A stretch of 64,000 nt of DNA from an uncultured Candidatus Entotheonella sp. (GCA_965215335.1 CBDCDA010000001.1:1664001-1728000); one strand, 5' to 3'; shown: positions 10,173-23,992, numbered from the stretch's first letter. Made by a program: numbers and translations. The notes: generated by a model from the sequence alone, not told the origin.

Positions 10173-10823
10173 ATGGTTACGGTTATCGGCATCACGGGCG
10201 GCATCGGCGCCGGCAAGAGCTCGGCAGCGGCGACCCTGGGCGAGTTGGGCGCCGAGGTCATCGATGCGGACAAGGCGGCGCACCAGGTCTACTTGCCAGA
10301 TACGCCCGCCTGGCGCGAGATCGTGGCAGCGTTCGGCGAGGAGGTGCTGGCCGCGGACCGTACCATCGACCGCCGCCGGCTCGGCCCGCGGGTGTTCGCC
10401 GACCCCGGCGCCCTGCAAACCCTGAACGGCATCATGCACGGCAAGATTTTCGCCTACATCCAGGGGCAGATCGCCTGCATCCGCCGGATGGAAGCGGCGC
10501 GCCCACAGCAAGCGTCAGCGAGTGCATGCAATGAGCCGGCACGAGTGCAGCGCGTGGTGGCGGTCGAGGCCGCCGTCCTGCTGGAAGCCGGATGGCAAGC
10601 CCTGGTGGACCAGTTATGGGTGGTGGTCGCGCCGGTCGAGGTGGCCATTGCCCGCCTGCGCGACGACCGGGGCGTGCCCGAGGACCAGGCCCGTGCCCGC
10701 ATCGCCGCTCAGATGTCCAACGACGAGCGCATCGCCCACGCCGACACCGTCATTCACAACGCCGCCGACCTCGGTGCCCTGCGGGACGCCATCACCACGG
10801 CGTGGCAGCGCCTGGGTGCCTGA
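10173..10823 (+). CDS. coaE: Dephospho-CoA kinase
   Basis: IGITGGIGAGKS, IDAD, IDRRRLG..VF, RIAAQM. Confidence 0.93.
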   Translation: MVTVIGITGGIGAGKSSAAATLGELGAEVIDADKAAHQVYLPDTPAWREIVAAFGEEVLAADRTIDRRRLGPRVFADPGALQTLNGIMHGKIFAYIQGQIACIRRMEAARPQQASASACNEPARVQRVVAVEAAVLLEAGWQALVDQLWVVVAPVEVAIARLRDDRGVPEDQARARIAAQMSNDERIAHADTVIHNAADLGALRDAITTAWQRLGA

Positions 10824-10828
10824 CAACC

Positions 10829-10893
10829 GATTCGAGATTGCTGATTTTGGATTGACACAATCCGCAATCCGAAATTCACAGTCCAAAATCCGC
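10829..10893. repeat. Degenerate heptamer tandem repeats (AATCCRM type) in inverted arrangement
   Basis: gattttggatt followed by aatccgcaatccgaaattcacagtccaaaatccgcaa between coaE and rph. Confidence 0.55.
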
Positions 10894-10909
10894 AACGGAA
10901 AGGAACACC

Positions 10910-11626
10910 ATGCGTGCAGACGGACGCGGCCACGACGAACTGCGGCCCCTGAGCATTACCCCCGGCGTGGCCAAGTACGCCGAGGGCTCGGCGCTGATCA
11001 CCATGGGTGATACGCAGGTGCGCTGCACGGCGTCGGTGGAGGAATCGGTGCCGCGCTTCCGGCGCGATAGCGGCCGGGGCTGGGTGAGCGCCGAGTACGC
11101 CATGCTGCCGCGCGCTACCCATACGCGCACGCCGCGCGAGGTGTCGCGTGGGCGGCAGGGTGGCAGAACGCTGGAAATTCAACGCCTGATCGGGCGCTCG
11201 CTGCGCGCCGTGGTCGATTTCGAGCAACTCGGCGAACGCACCGTGTGGCTGGACTGCGACGTTCTCCAGGCCGACGGCGGCACGCGCACGGCGTCGATCA
11301 GCGGCGCCTACGTAGCCCTGTACGCCGCCCTTCAGCATTTGCAGAATCAAGGCGTGCTGGCGGCCATCCCGCTGCGCGACGCCGTGGCTGCGGTCAGCCT
11401 GGGCATCGTCGTCGGCGCGGCGTGCCTGGACCTGGATTACCAGGAAGATTCGACGTCGGACGTGGATATGAACGTGGTCATGACGGGGCAGGGCTCCCTG
11501 GTGGAGATCCAGGGCACGGGGGAAGGAGCACCGTTCAGTCAGGGATCGTTGCTGGAACTGCTGGGACTGGCGCGCCAAGGGATCGAACAGATCGTCACCG
11601 CCCAGCGCGCCGCCCTGGGGTTGTAG
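10910..11626 (+). CDS. rph: Ribonuclease PH
   Basis: [57 protein letters not shown]. Confidence 0.97.
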   Translation: MRADGRGHDELRPLSITPGVAKYAEGSALITMGDTQVRCTASVEESVPRFRRDSGRGWVSAEYAMLPRATHTRTPREVSRGRQGGRTLEIQRLIGRSLRAVVDFEQLGERTVWLDCDVLQADGGTRTASISGAYVALYAALQHLQNQGVLAAIPLRDAVAAVSLGIVVGAACLDLDYQEDSTSDVDMNVVMTGQGSLVEIQGTGEGAPFSQGSLLELLGLARQGIEQIVTAQRAALGL

Positions 11627-12468
11627 GTTCAGGACTCATATCCAGAAGATGACCGTGGCAGCAAGGCAGATGGCACTGAAAAAGGTGTGCGCACACCGGT
11701 CATAGCGCGTGGCGATGCGACGCCAATCCTTGAGACGACCGAACAGGCGCTCGATGAGATTACGGCTCTTGTAAAGCTCCGTGTCGTAGACAATCGGCTC
11801 TTTACGATTGGCACGGCCTGGAATACAGGGCTTGATCTTGCGCTCGGCAAGCGCCTTGCGCAGCCGGTTGCTGTCATAACCCTTGTCGGCAATCAGCACG
11901 TCGGCCTCCGGCAATGCGGGCAGCGCCATGTCTGCCCCGCGATAGTCGCTGACCTGGCCCGCAGTCAACACCATGACGACGGGCTTGCCGTCGCCGTCGC
12001 AGACGGCGTGAAGTTTCGAGTTGAGGCCGCCTCGGGTACGCCCGATATGACGCGGAAAAGCCCCCCCTCAAGCAGGCTGGCAGCGGTGCGATGCGCCTTG
12101 AGATGCGTGCTGTCGATCATGACGGTCTCGGTGGCCGTGCTGTCGGCGGCCAAGGTTTGGAAGATGCGGTCGAAGACACCGGCCTTGCTCCAGCGCACGA
12201 AGCGGTTGTAGAGCGTCTTGTGGGGACCGTAGCAGGCGGGCGCGTGGCGCCACATCAGACCGTATCGAATGACGTGGATGATGCCGCTGATGACTTTTCG
12301 GTCATCGACGCGTGGGACCCCCCGCACCTTGTTGGGTAGCAGGGGTTTCAGGCGGGCAAACTGCACGTCGGATAGCCAGAAGCAGTGATCGGGCATGATG
12401 AACCTCCTTATGAAGTCAGGGTCTTGAATCCTACATGACCAATGATGCCCTTTTATAGGTCCTGAGCC
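11626..12468 (-). mobile_element. IS5-family element (IS427-like), 843 bp, TA target duplication
   Basis: Imperfect terminal IRs ggttcaggactcata / tataggtcctgagcc; TA at 11624-11625 and 12469-12470; two-ORF transposase. Confidence 0.9.
11636..12396 (-). CDS. IS5 transposase split over two frames (probable programmed frameshift near 12061-12067)
   Basis: ORF1 DDRKVISGI..YGPHKTLYNRFVRW..MIDST; shifted frame IGRTRGGLNSKLHAVCD..ADKGYDS..RNLIERLFGRLKDWRRIATRYD. Confidence 0.9.
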
Positions 12469-12476
12469 TAGACAAT

Positions 12477-12507
12477 GCAGGTCGGATTAGCGCCAGCGCC
12501 AGCCGAC
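12477..12507. repeat. REP-like palindrome
   Basis: gcaggtcggattagcgccagcgccagccgac. Confidence 0.55.
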
Positions 12508-12571
12508 GCGTTCCATTGCAACAGCGGGGGCAGGAGTTGCCCCCGCGCAACATCAGGACCGCGCAGACCTC

Positions 12572-14155
12572 CTACAGGTCAAACGCCTTGGCGAAACGCT
12601 CGTACGGCTCCAGCGGGTCGCCGTATTTCACGTGGCCTGCCACGATGTGCGCGCAGGCCGGCAGCAGCACGTCGCGTTCCGGCGCCGTGCTTTTCAGGTA
12701 ATCCTCCGTCATGCACAGGCCGATTTCCTGGTTATGAGGATCGTTGCCTTCCTTCACCGCGGCCAGGGCCAGGGTGCGCACCAGGGGTTTGCGGTCGTAG
12801 CCGCCGGCGAGGTAAGCGCGTACCCAGGCGGCGCCTTCGGAGCCGCTCTGGGCGATGATCGCCGCATCCACACGCCGCAGGATCGCGTCCGCCGGCAGCC
12901 GCTCGGAGCCGCTCGGCACGCCGTCTTCGGCGCCGCCGTTGCCGGGCGTGTGCTTCACCCACAGGGCGCACTGGTTGATGAACGAGCCGGCCACGTAGAG
13001 CAGCTTGATGCGGTGCGGGTGGTCGAACTTGTCATAGAACCAGCGCAGCGTGTTGGTGTACTCGTAGCCGTGGTGCGGCATGGAGAAATCGCTGTTCTGC
13101 TGCACCCGCAGGATGATCCTGGCAGCGGCCGTCTGGATGACGTCGACGATGGCCTTCGGGTCCTTGCCGGCCAGGAGCAGCTCGGTAATGGCGTTGATCC
13201 AGGCCATGTCGGCCTCCTCGTGCAGCGCCTGCACGAGATCGTCGGCTTCCGGCGGGGTCAGCGGCTTGTCGTTCGCCAGCAGGTAAGTCTCCGGCTGCTG
13301 CTTCGGGCTGGGCGACAGGGACGATTCCGGCTGATCCGCCTCGCGTGCCAGCATGGTCCAGGCGACCTGGCAGGCCATTTCGTAGGCGGAATGCCAGCGC
13401 GGTCCCACCGCCATGTCCGGCACGCCGGCGTAGAGCACGTCGTGGGCCCGATCCCAGCCGACGGCCTCGCCGATTTCAAACGTCGCGCGGGCGCGGTAGG
13501 ACTTGTGACCGGTGGTGTAGGAGCGGTTCAGCAGCATGCGGTCCTGCACATCGATGAGGCCGGCGAACGCCATGTGGCCGAGCAAGTCATGGCGGCGTCC
13601 GGGTTCCTCGAACAGGCCGAGGAAAACGCGGTAAGCCTCGATCACCTCGCCGCATTGCACCAGCGTCAGCCAGTGATTGAGGCGCTCGTCGAACGAGCCG
13701 TCGAGATGCAGCGGTTCCTGATCCGCCCAGTAGGCGGTGGGTTTGGGCACGGCAGCATTGGGTTCGGGCTTGTAGGTGCGGCGCCCGTAATGCCCCGGTG
13801 CCTTGCCGAGAAGCTGGTTCCACGGATCGAGACCGGAAGGTACGTACCAGATGGTCTGCGCCATGGGCAGGTAGCGCAACTCGCCAGCGAGGTAATCCGG
13901 CAGCGCCAGGCTGGCGCGGCTGCTCAGCAGGCAGTGGTCGTTGTTGACGAACCGCACGAAGCCGTCGTCGATACGCTGGTGATACGGCACGTGGGTGTAG
14001 GGGGCGTGGATGCGGGTGGTTTCGCGGACAATTTCCGACAGCGGGCGCTCGGCGCGGACCAGATCGTAATAAGCCTTGCTGGCGCCCACTTGGTCTCGTT
14101 CAAGAACGGTTTCCTCCAACCGGTCGTACAGGTTGGCGACTGCTGTGCTGCCCAT
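12572..14155 (-). CDS. Uncharacterised 527-aa His-motif protein, paralog of 60835-62385
   Basis: Long ORF with strong RBS (GAAGGAGG); motifs NNDH, TGHK, PHHG and DPHNQ shared with the paralog. Confidence 0.85.
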   Translation of the reverse strand: MGSTAVANLYDRLEETVLERDQVGASKAYYDLVRAERPLSEIVRETTRIHAPYTHVPYHQRIDDGFVRFVNNDHCLLSSRASLALPDYLAGELRYLPMAQTIWYVPSGLDPWNQLLGKAPGHYGRRTYKPEPNAAVPKPTAYWADQEPLHLDGSFDERLNHWLTLVQCGEVIEAYRVFLGLFEEPGRRHDLLGHMAFAGLIDVQDRMLLNRSYTTGHKSYRARATFEIGEAVGWDRAHDVLYAGVPDMAVGPRWHSAYEMACQVAWTMLAREADQPESSLSPSPKQQPETYLLANDKPLTPPEADDLVQALHEEADMAWINAITELLLAGKDPKAIVDVIQTAAARIILRVQQNSDFSMPHHGYEYTNTLRWFYDKFDHPHRIKLLYVAGSFINQCALWVKHTPGNGGAEDGVPSGSERLPADAILRRVDAAIIAQSGSEGAAWVRAYLAGGYDRKPLVRTLALAAVKEGNDPHNQEIGLCMTEDYLKSTAPERDVLLPACAHIVAGHVKYGDPLEPYERFAKAFDL

Positions 14156-14373
14156 GGGGTCCTCCTTCAGGGTTGACGAATGAGGGAATGCAGGGGCAAT
14201 ACCCGCGCTTTGGGTGGTGGCTCAGTTTGGATCCCCCCCCAACCCTGTCCCGCGCGGGACAGGGAGCAGCGCTTCCCGCCACCCGCGACAGGAGAGGGCC
14301 AAGGAGAGGAAAGACAATGTTCACTATGCCACACCTTGGCTTTACAATGGTGCGAATAGTTTTTCCACAATAC

Positions 14374-14388
14374 ATTCCAGATGGGAAT
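14374..14388. promoter_or_regulatory. LysR-type binding box (T-N11-A dyad)
   Basis: ATTCC-AGATG-GGAAT just upstream of the LysR start, between divergent genes. Confidence 0.6.
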
Positions 14389-14393
14389 AGGGC

Positions 14394-15269
14394 ATGATCG
14401 ACAACCTCGAAGCCTTGGTGGCGCTGGCCGAGTGCGGCACCATGTCGAAGGCTGCCCTGCGGCTGTCCATCACGCAATCGGCGGTGAGCAAGCGGATTGC
14501 CAACCTGCAGGCGCAGTTGGGCAAACCCTTGGTGGAGCGCAGCGGCCGGCGGGTGGAGTTGACGCCTTACGCGCTGCACATCCTGCAGCGCACCCGGCCG
14601 CTGCTGGGCGAGTTGCGCGAGGCGCTCAGTGAGGAGGTGGCGGACAACACCGGCCAGTTGTCGGTTGCCATCGGCGCCGCCATCCTGATCGCCTGGGGCG
14701 CCGAGGTGCTCGCCAAGGCCAGGCAGGAAAACCCCGGCATCCGGCTGCGCATCAACACCTACCGCGGTCCCGACGCCATCGAGCGGGTGCGCTCCGGCGA
14801 GTACATGGTGGGCATCTGCTTTGGCCGCAGCGAGAGCACCCCGGACCTCGAAGCCCGCTACATCGTCGGCGAAACCATCGTCATCGTACCGAACCACCTA
14901 TGCCCGTTCGGCTTCCCCGCCGCGGGCGAACTGAACGTGCTGACCACCGCGCCACAGTCGGAAACCTGGCGCTTCATCGAGCGCCAGATACGCCGCGGCG
15001 AGCGCCAGTGGGGAGTGAAGATTCACGTGGAAAACACCATGGAGTCATTCCAGGCGGTGACCCAGATGGCGAGAGTCGGATTCGGGCATGGCCTGGTAAC
15101 GCTGGGGGTGGCGCGGGCCTTTGGGGTGCCTGTGGACGCGCTGGTCCGTTTCCCCGAACCGGGACTTAACATCCCGATCAGCCTGTACGGACGCCGCTCG
15201 ACGCTCGCACGACCGTTGGTGCAGACATTTCTGGAATCGCTGAAACGAAATCTACCGGAGCAGAATTAA
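14394..15269 (+). CDS. LysR-family transcriptional regulator
   Basis: GTMSKAALRLSITQSAVSKRIANLQAQLGKPLVERSGRRVELT HTH; 291 aa. Confidence 0.93.
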   Translation: MIDNLEALVALAECGTMSKAALRLSITQSAVSKRIANLQAQLGKPLVERSGRRVELTPYALHILQRTRPLLGELREALSEEVADNTGQLSVAIGAAILIAWGAEVLAKARQENPGIRLRINTYRGPDAIERVRSGEYMVGICFGRSESTPDLEARYIVGETIVIVPNHLCPFGFPAAGELNVLTTAPQSETWRFIERQIRRGERQWGVKIHVENTMESFQAVTQMARVGFGHGLVTLGVARAFGVPVDALVRFPEPGLNIPISLYGRRSTLARPLVQTFLESLKRNLPEQN

Positions 15270-15364
15270 CGCGTGATAGCGGCCGGCAAAAATCCATTGC
15301 ACCGTTGGGGATTGCGTGGTAGGTTCCCGATTCGTCCGTTCCACCTGCCTTTCCAAAGACAAAA

Positions 15365-15438
15365 CGGGGCGTAGCGTAGCTTGGTAGCGCGTCGGCTTTG
15401 GGAGCCGAAGGCCCCCGGTTCAAATCCGGGCGCCCCGA
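15365..15438 (+). tRNA. tRNA-Pro(TGG), CCA end not encoded
   Basis: Acceptor stem CGGGGCG/CGCCCCG, anticodon arm TCGGC-TTTGGGA-GCCGA, T arm CCCGG-TTCAAAT-CCGGG. Confidence 0.97.
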
Positions 15439-15521
15439 CCTTCCTTTTCCCATTCTTAACTATCTGTTTTTCATATAGTTGCGTGTTTTTCCCGACGGCC
15501 ATTTTTTGGGGCGTTGGCATG

Positions 15522-15797
15522 CTATTGGCATACAAATCTGCCAATCCGAGCAGATCCGCCACCCGATTGACGGCCTCGTTGGGGCGCCCTGGGTCGGACT
15601 TTCACGTAGCGTTTGTGCGCCAGGGTCGAGGGGGCGTGGCGCAGCAGAACTTCCTTGGTTTTTTCAGTGGCGCCGGCCTCGTCGAGCAACGTCGAGAAGG
15701 TGGTACGCAGGGCATGAAAATCGACCTTTCCTTCCGGCGTGGTTTTTTCGATGCCGGCTTTTCCAAGGTCGATATTGAGGCTGCGGGCCGTTGACAA
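15522..15797 (-). pseudogene. Tyrosine integrase C-terminal remnant
   Basis: KVDFHALRTTF..LLRHA..KRY (HxxR, H, Y catalytic residues); adjacent to the tRNA; N-terminus missing. Confidence 0.8.
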
Positions 15798-15852
15798 ACC
15801 TCCGACATCAACCGCAACATGACGCTTGCGGCCTACAACCTTCTTGCCGCCA

Positions 15853-16327
15853 TCATGGCCGCGTGGCCCCCCACCCTCCGTCGATCTTCACACTCTGGCT
15901 GTCGATAATCGCCGCTGTAGGCTCGGCCCCTCGGCCCGCCGCCCGCCCAAGATCACGAAGGACATCCATCATGCGGTCGAAAACGCCGCTACCTTGCCAC
16001 CTGCAAAAGTAGCTGGTGACCGTGGAACAGGGCGGGAAATGTCCGGCAGCGCCCACCACTGGCAGCCCGTGGCAAGCACGTACTGGATGGCATTGAAGAC
16101 CTCCCGCAGGTCCGTCTGCGGGGACGGCCCCTTTGTCCCTGCCTGGGTAGCATCGACTCAAGGATCGCCCATTCCTTGTCTGTCACGTCGCTTTCATGGC
16201 GTTTGGCGTTACGTCTATAATCCTTGCGAGTGGTCCTGTTCCAAGGCATGTGGTCCTCCAAGTCTGGTGTTGCAATCAACTCGGAATACCACATGTCGGG
16301 ACCACTCACCACTTTAGGAACAGACTC
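15853..16327 (-). mobile_element. Truncated, frameshifted IS5-family (IS1031-like) element
   Basis: MPWNRTTRKDY..ESDVTDKEWAIL..GRPR, YFCRWQGSG, PTAAIIDSQSVK over several frames; terminal-like GAGTCTGTTCCTAAAG at 16327. Confidence 0.8.
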
Positions 16328-16330
16328 TCA

Positions 16331-16395
16331 GCTACGCCGCGATGATCTACGTGGTGAGTTCTCGCCTGGCACTTGCCTAAATGTCCACAGGCCCT
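16331..16395 (+). mobile_element. Orphan 3' end of another IS5-like element
   Basis: YAAMIYVVSSRLALA* then AATGTCCACAGGCCCT, whose exact reverse complement is at 28774-28789. Confidence 0.5.
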
Positions 16396-16512
16396 CGCAC
16401 AATCACCCACCAGTCAGCGAGGAGATTCTTCGACGCCCGCTGGTCGTCTGGTATAAATTGAGGACAAGGACAGTAAGCGTCGATTTTTCCGCGCCCGAAG
16501 GACACCTGTTGG

Positions 16513-17114
16513 ATACCAATCAGCCGAAACATCATCGACCGAACAGGGTTCAATCCGCTGGCGTCGCTTCCCCGTGAGCTTCGCATCCGGGATTTCGAGT
16601 CCGCGATGCAGGACGTCCACGACTTTTTCTATGATGTGAATGCCAATCTGGTCGGCAAAGGATTGCAGCGCCTCGACGATATGTTGCGGCCAGCCATCAT
16701 GTCCGGCATTCTTTCCGACATGGTGACGGCCAGCTTGGCCAAGCACTCGCGGTCTGACCGAGGACACCTACTTCAACGGCCACCCGGACCTCATTGTGCA
16801 GGGCGTTTATCCAGAAAACGCGGTGAAGGTGGGCAACCGGGGCGTGGAAATCAAGACAACACGGAAGAAAGGTGGAGCGGTTGATACCTACGGCGCACGA
16901 GACCGGTGGATATGCGTCTTCGTCTACAGCGTGGACAATGAAACGTAGCCGGCGTCGGACAGGCAACCCATGACGTTTACGGAAGTGTACCTGAGTCACG
17001 TCAGCGTGGAGGATGCCAGGCGTAACCCGCACGGCGAACTCGGCACGCGAACCGCCACCCCTGGACCGGGCCGGGGTCAGGAAGCTGCGGCAGAACTGGC
17101 TGTATGGGAGTTAG
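16513..17114 (+). pseudogene. PD-(D/E)xK restriction endonuclease pseudogene
   Basis: Reconstructed NGHPDLIV..GVEIKTT; probable start ATG>ATA, frameshifts near 16753 and 17060, in-frame TAG at 16946-16948; convergent with the MTase. Confidence 0.7.
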
Positions 17115-17127
17115 CTGAGCCTTGCTG

Positions 17128-17913
17128 TCAGATTTCGAGTTCCGCCAGCGGCTGGATGGCCTTGGCGGCCATGTCAAAAAACAGGGGGTCGCTTTCGACG
17201 CCCAGCGAGGTGTATCCAGCCGCTTCCGCCGCCAGGATGGACCCGCGCCCGCGAAGGGGTTGACGGCGCCCATGCCGAGGGGAAGCACGCCTCGGACGAG
17301 TCGCCGCAAGAACGCTTGCGGCTTCAGGCTGGGATGGGGGCGATAAGCTTCTCGCGCTTTGCGCGTCGGGACGGACGGAATCACGTCCCCGAACGGCGAG
17401 CACGCCGAGGGTCGGCGAAAGCCGCTGGTCTTCCACTTTCGCAGATTATCTTGCGCCCTGTTTTCAATCGGTTTGCGGAACAGAACCCAGGGTTCCCACA
17501 TCGACCTCGGGAGCACGCTCACCCCGGCAAATTCCTGGTGCGCGGCTTTCGGGCGGTCACCGCCGCGCATGGTCATTACCAGCCTGACAATGGCGCCCCG
17601 CCTTTCAAGCCCCGCGTCCGACAGGGCTGCCGAGACGATATCGGACGGCATCGGATTGGAAGCCACGACCACATTGGCCCTTGGTACGAGCTTGGGCATA
17701 AGAAGTCGCGCCCAGATGAAGAAAAACTCTCGCAGGGAATCCTTTTGAGAGGCTGAGATACGAGCGGATTGGCGACTCGGGGATAGGTCCGTTGACGCTC
17801 GCGACTCGATCTGCAATTTGCTTGGCCGACAAACCGTTGGACGCAAGCTTCATAGCCTGGATGATTGCGTCGCGCACCCGCCCCGGCACCTGTCTGTTGC
17901 TGGCCTGTTTCAT
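17128..17913 (-). pseudogene. N4/N6 DNA methyltransferase pseudogene
   Basis: HPSLKPQ, NPFAGAG (motif I), LGVESD; frameshifts present; catalytic DPPY region not visible. Confidence 0.8.
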
Positions 17914-17964
17914 AGACGTCCAGACGTCATGTTGTCAAACAGACGCACACGAAGGAGCTCCCTC

Positions 17965-18393
17965 ATGTTCTCTGCACTGCCCACCCTGACCGTTGTAGCC
18001 GGGCTCATCCAGCGTCACGGTGACATGCTCATATGCCAGCGGCGGCGTGACGCGCCGTTCGCGTTGCAATGGGAGTTTCCGGGCGGCAAGCTGGAGGCGG
18101 GCGAGAGCAGCGAGGCGGCGCTGCGCCGGGAGTTGCAGGAGGAATTGGGCATTGTGGCCGACATCGGCGCGGAACTTTACCGCACGCGGCATGACTATCC
18201 GGGAATCTATAGCGTAAAGCTCGTTTTTCGCCACGTCACCCGCATTCGCGGCGCCCTGCACAACCGGGCCTTTGAGCAGATCCGCTGGGTCGACCCGGAT
18301 CAATTGCCGGCGTTCGGCTTTCTGACGGGCGATGCAGAACTCATCGGTCTGCTGAACCGGGGTAAGATTTCCGTGCCGCCTACCTGCGCCTGA
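17965..18393 (+). CDS. MutT/NudG-like NUDIX hydrolase
   Basis: WEFPGGKLEAGESSEAALRRELQEELG Nudix box; RBS AAGGAG. Confidence 0.9.
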   Translation: MFSALPTLTVVAGLIQRHGDMLICQRRRDAPFALQWEFPGGKLEAGESSEAALRRELQEELGIVADIGAELYRTRHDYPGIYSVKLVFRHVTRIRGALHNRAFEQIRWVDPDQLPAFGFLTGDAELIGLLNRGKISVPPTCA

Positions 18394-18427
18394 CGTGACC
18401 TCGGTGGAATGTCGGATGACGCTTCGG

Positions 18428-18925
18428 CTAATCCGACCCGTCCGCCTCGGACAGGCAGGCGAGCAGCAAATCCAGCGCCGCCTGCGCAAACGTCCACATG
18501 TTCGCTTCGCGGTCCGTTTCCCCAGTTTCCAGCGTGATGGCGCGCGTTACCGGGCCGGCGACCGCGATGCAGGCGTGCCCGGCGGCGTCGCCGTAGCGGT
18601 TGCCCGTGGGACCGCTGGCGCCGGTTTCGGCCAGGCCCCAGGTGGCGCCCAGGGTTTCTCGGATGGTGCGGGCGTTGAGCAGCGCGTATGCCTCCGTGCT
18701 GGCGCGCAGCCCCTGCATGGCTTGGGGAGTGATCCCCAACAGCCCCTCGCGCGACGTCGCGGTGTAAATCACGCCGCCGCCCAAGTAATACGCCGAGGCC
18801 CCCGGCACCGCCACCAGGGCCGCCGAGATGAGCCCGCCGCACGAAGACTCCGATACCCCCAGCGAGGCGCCGGAGGTTTTCAGGCACTCGCCAATCGACG
18901 CCGCCATGGCTGACAATCGAGACAT
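18428..18925 (-). CDS. CinA/PncC-family protein
   Basis: VSESSCGGLISA..VPGASAYY, ETGASGPTG. Confidence 0.88.
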   Translation of the reverse strand: MSRLSAMAASIGECLKTSGASLGVSESSCGGLISAALVAVPGASAYYLGGGVIYTATSREGLLGITPQAMQGLRASTEAYALLNARTIRETLGATWGLAETGASGPTGNRYGDAAGHACIAVAGPVTRAITLETGETDREANMWTFAQAALDLLLACLSEADGSD

Positions 18926-18936
18926 CGCCTCCCTCC

Positions 18937-19950
18937 TCATACCTTGCGCAGCGCCGGCAGCAGTTCGTCCGACATCAGCCGGATGCTGGACAACGCAGCT
19001 GACAACGGCAGCCCTGCCCAGTGGGTACGGATAATCAGGTGGTTCACGTTCAACTCCTCCCAATACGGCCGCAACTGTTCGTAGCAGTCCTCGGGCGATC
19101 CCAGCACAAAGCGGTCCTGCAGCAGCGAGTCGAAATCCTGGTTGAACGACTCGTTGGCCGGCATCGCGTCGTCCTGGCCCCACTTGGCGTAGTCCTGATA
19201 CTTGCCGAACAAGTGCGGGGCGGCCACGTTCAGCGCCGTGGTACGGTCCTTGGCGCAAAAAACTTCCTTGAGCGACGGCAATTCGCTCGGAAACGGCTTG
19301 TCCGCCTTGGCCAACTCGTCCCGGTACAGCACCAGCTGGCGCCGCACCGTCTCGACGGTCGAATGCGGGTTGATCATCCAGGTATCGCCCAGACGCGCCG
19401 CGCGCCGCACCGCCGCGTCGTTATTGGCGGCGACCCACAACGGCGGGCGCGGCTTCTGCGTCGGGAGGATGTTCATACGCACCGCCTCCAGCTTGCACAC
19501 CTCGTCCTCGTAAGTCACCGCCTCGCCGGACCACAGCCGCTGCACAACGTCCAGGTACGCCTCGAAACGCTTCACCCGCTGCCCCTTACGCACCCCGAAG
19601 GCATCGAACTCCACCTCCCGGTAGCCCAAGCCGACGCCGAACACGAAGTTACCCCGAGCCAGAATGTCCATCGACGCCACCGTCTCGGCCACGTATACCG
19701 GGTTGTGCAGGTTGAGCAGCAGCACGCCCATGCCGACGGTCATCTCCCCCGCCTCCGCCATCAGCCGCGACAGAAACGGCACGATCTGCAATTGCTTGTT
19801 GTTGCCCTCGTTGAGGTAGTGCTGCCCGGTGAACAGCGAATCCCAGCCGCGGTCGCGGGCCAGGCGCACCATGGCGTACTGCGCCTCCAGCGCGCCCACC
19901 ATGTCCGTATCCAGGTATTGCTGATTGGTGGCAAACAAACCGACTTTCAT
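18937..19950 (-). CDS. LLM-class flavin-dependent oxidoreductase
   Basis: GQHY, NPVYVAETVASMD, FGVGLGYREVEFDAFG, QKPRPPLWVAA. Confidence 0.9.
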   Translation of the reverse strand: MKVGLFATNQQYLDTDMVGALEAQYAMVRLARDRGWDSLFTGQHYLNEGNNKQLQIVPFLSRLMAEAGEMTVGMGVLLLNLHNPVYVAETVASMDILARGNFVFGVGLGYREVEFDAFGVRKGQRVKRFEAYLDVVQRLWSGEAVTYEDEVCKLEAVRMNILPTQKPRPPLWVAANNDAAVRRAARLGDTWMINPHSTVETVRRQLVLYRDELAKADKPFPSELPSLKEVFCAKDRTTALNVAAPHLFGKYQDYAKWGQDDAMPANESFNQDFDSLLQDRFVLGSPEDCYEQLRPYWEELNVNHLIIRTHWAGLPLSAALSSIRLMSDELLPALRKV

Positions 19951-20086
19951 CCCCGCATCCTCATGTAGGCCGGAATTAGTAAGTGATGTTACGCACTTGG
20001 CAACTCGTGAACCCATCTTGAAGTGTCTCTTCCATACAGGTTGTCGCCAGAACGCCATCGTCCAGAGGCGTAGGCCTCGCCTGCAC

Positions 20087-20150
20087 GTCATGCCGGGCTT
20101 GACCCGGCATCCATCGGCAGCCAGTGGATTCCCGCTGTCGCGGGAATGAC
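20087..20150. repeat. Two-hairpin palindromic repeat (GTCAT...ATGAC family)
   Basis: gtcatgccgggcttgacccggcatcca...tggattcccgctgtcgcgggaatgac. Confidence 0.75.
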
Positions 20151-20216
20151 CCTTTGGGGCAAGCGTCGCAACGCCAATCTCTCAAGGCCGCACAACATCA
20201 CTTCTTTTATGAACGA

Positions 20217-20523
20217 TCAGAACCGAACATCCTCCACGTCCAACTCCCGAAACCGCCGCAACAGTTCCTCCGGCGTCACGCGCCCGATGATGCGGAACAG
20301 CACCCGACTGCGGTAATACACCACCAACGCGGGCGTGCCGAAAACGCCGTGGTCGCACGCCCAGGGACGGTGCTCGCTGAGCTTGAGGTGCAGCACCGAA
20401 ACCTGCTGGAAATCATCCAGGCCGCCGAGCATCTGCGCCATGTGGCGGCTGGCGTCGCAGCCCTCCTGCCAGAAATTCACCAGCACCAGGTCCGGGTACT
20501 GCTGCAGGAAGGTTTCCAGCTCC

Positions 20524-20531
<8 letters not shown>
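20217..20531 (-). CDS. Thioredoxin-fold protein with CxxS motif
   Basis: VLVNFWQEGCDAS, GVFGTPALVVY, RIIG; overlaps the upstream stop. Confidence 0.75.
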
Positions 20532-22056
<1,525 letters not shown>

Positions 22057-22119
22057 GTCCCCTTGGCGTATCAGGGTAAGAGGAAATCCCGAGTTGCAAG
22101 CGTCTTGGTCGAACGTGCT

Positions 22120-23805
<1,686 letters not shown>

Positions 23806-23992
23806 GGCATCGCTCCCTTCGTTCGCGCTGCTTGTGTCTAGTACGCTCGACTCGCTTCGCTCGCTGTGGCTGGCCTGCGCAGGGGGTCGATGACGTCTGG
23901 GAAATGGAGGCGCAAGGGTACGGTAAAGGGGGTGTGGAGTCAACGCGCCGGGCACAGAGGGCGTGCAGGTTTGATGGCTGTCCGGCTCTGAT

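Noticed and set aside
15438..18000. Intact prophage or ICE at tRNA-Pro
   Set aside because: The integrase is only a stub, no attR repeat was found, and there are no phage or conjugation genes.
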